Assembly (NCBI GenBank): GCA_964424095.1 | Contig: CAYRHE010000001.1 | Span: 1 to 53,188 of the forward strand | From: an uncultured Candidatus Peribacteria bacterium | Lineage (GTDB): Bacteria; Patescibacteriota; Gracilibacteria; Absconditabacterales; Absconditicoccaceae | DNA length: 53,188 nucleotides | Direction: 5' to 3' | In this document: positions 53,139 to 53,188 of the stretch, one piece after another | Numbering within the stretch: position 1 is the first letter of the stretch | Layout: every line of letters begins with the position of its first letter | Notes under the pieces: generated by a model | Databases searched by the model: none | Told to the model about the DNA's origin: nothing | What the model saw: only the letters and a program-made list of their open reading frames with translations | Made by a program: the position numbers and the translations under genes

Positions 53139-53188
53139 ATGCGTATAAGTAATCAAGCATTAACAAAAACATTGCTAGAATGTGATAT
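53139..53188 (+). CDS. atpH: ATP synthase subunit delta, 5' end only (runs off the window)
   Basis: ATG 53139, MRISNQALTKTLLECD.... Assigned by its position after atpF. Confidence 0.5.
   Translation, partial: MRISNQALTKTLLECD

Overview
AT-rich 53.2-kb chromosomal window from a candidate-phyla-radiation bacterium that reads TGA as glycine (translation table 25, Gracilibacteria/Absconditabacteria type). The supplied standard-code ORF track is therefore badly fragmented. I re-derived almost every gene by hand with TGA=Gly and checked start, stop and frame arithmetic against the track. Housekeeping genes present: recJ, hemW, ssrA (tmRNA), asnS, aspS, typA, two ABC-F ATPases, a DEAD-box helicase, engB, a P-type Ca/cation ATPase, a CaCA antiporter, a PAS histidine kinase, a photolyase and the start of an F-type ATP synthase operon (atpB-E-F-H). 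Main items worth a second look: (1) next to ssrA, a radical-SAM/SPASM RiPP cassette with an unannotated 54-aa precursor whose core holds 11 Cys and 8 Asp in 29 residues. The maturase and precursor contain no TGA codon, unlike their neighbours. (2) Two paralogous, roughly 620-650-nt non-coding transcription units (28.3-28.9 kb minus strand, 44.9-45.5 kb plus strand). Each has a consensus promoter and an intrinsic terminator, they share conserved blocks, and one stem shows a compensatory base-pair change. (3) A mitochondrial-type single-chain PheRS (catalytic core fused to an FDX-ACB domain), followed by a divergent beta-like gene that lacks that domain. (4) A tightly overlapping murA-like / murB-Nudix fusion / AsnB-like / LD-carboxypeptidase / epimerase cluster. 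(5) Three copies of a 70-170-bp direct repeat at cassette boundaries around an AbiE toxin-antitoxin pair and a Fic gene. (6) Smaller oddities: an in-frame 9-bp x 11 repeat in hemW, a duplicated ATP synthase c subunit, a Cys-rich secreted protein separated by a frameshift from a sorting-signal-like tail, and compositionally foreign genes. All coordinates were derived by hand; no database search was possible.
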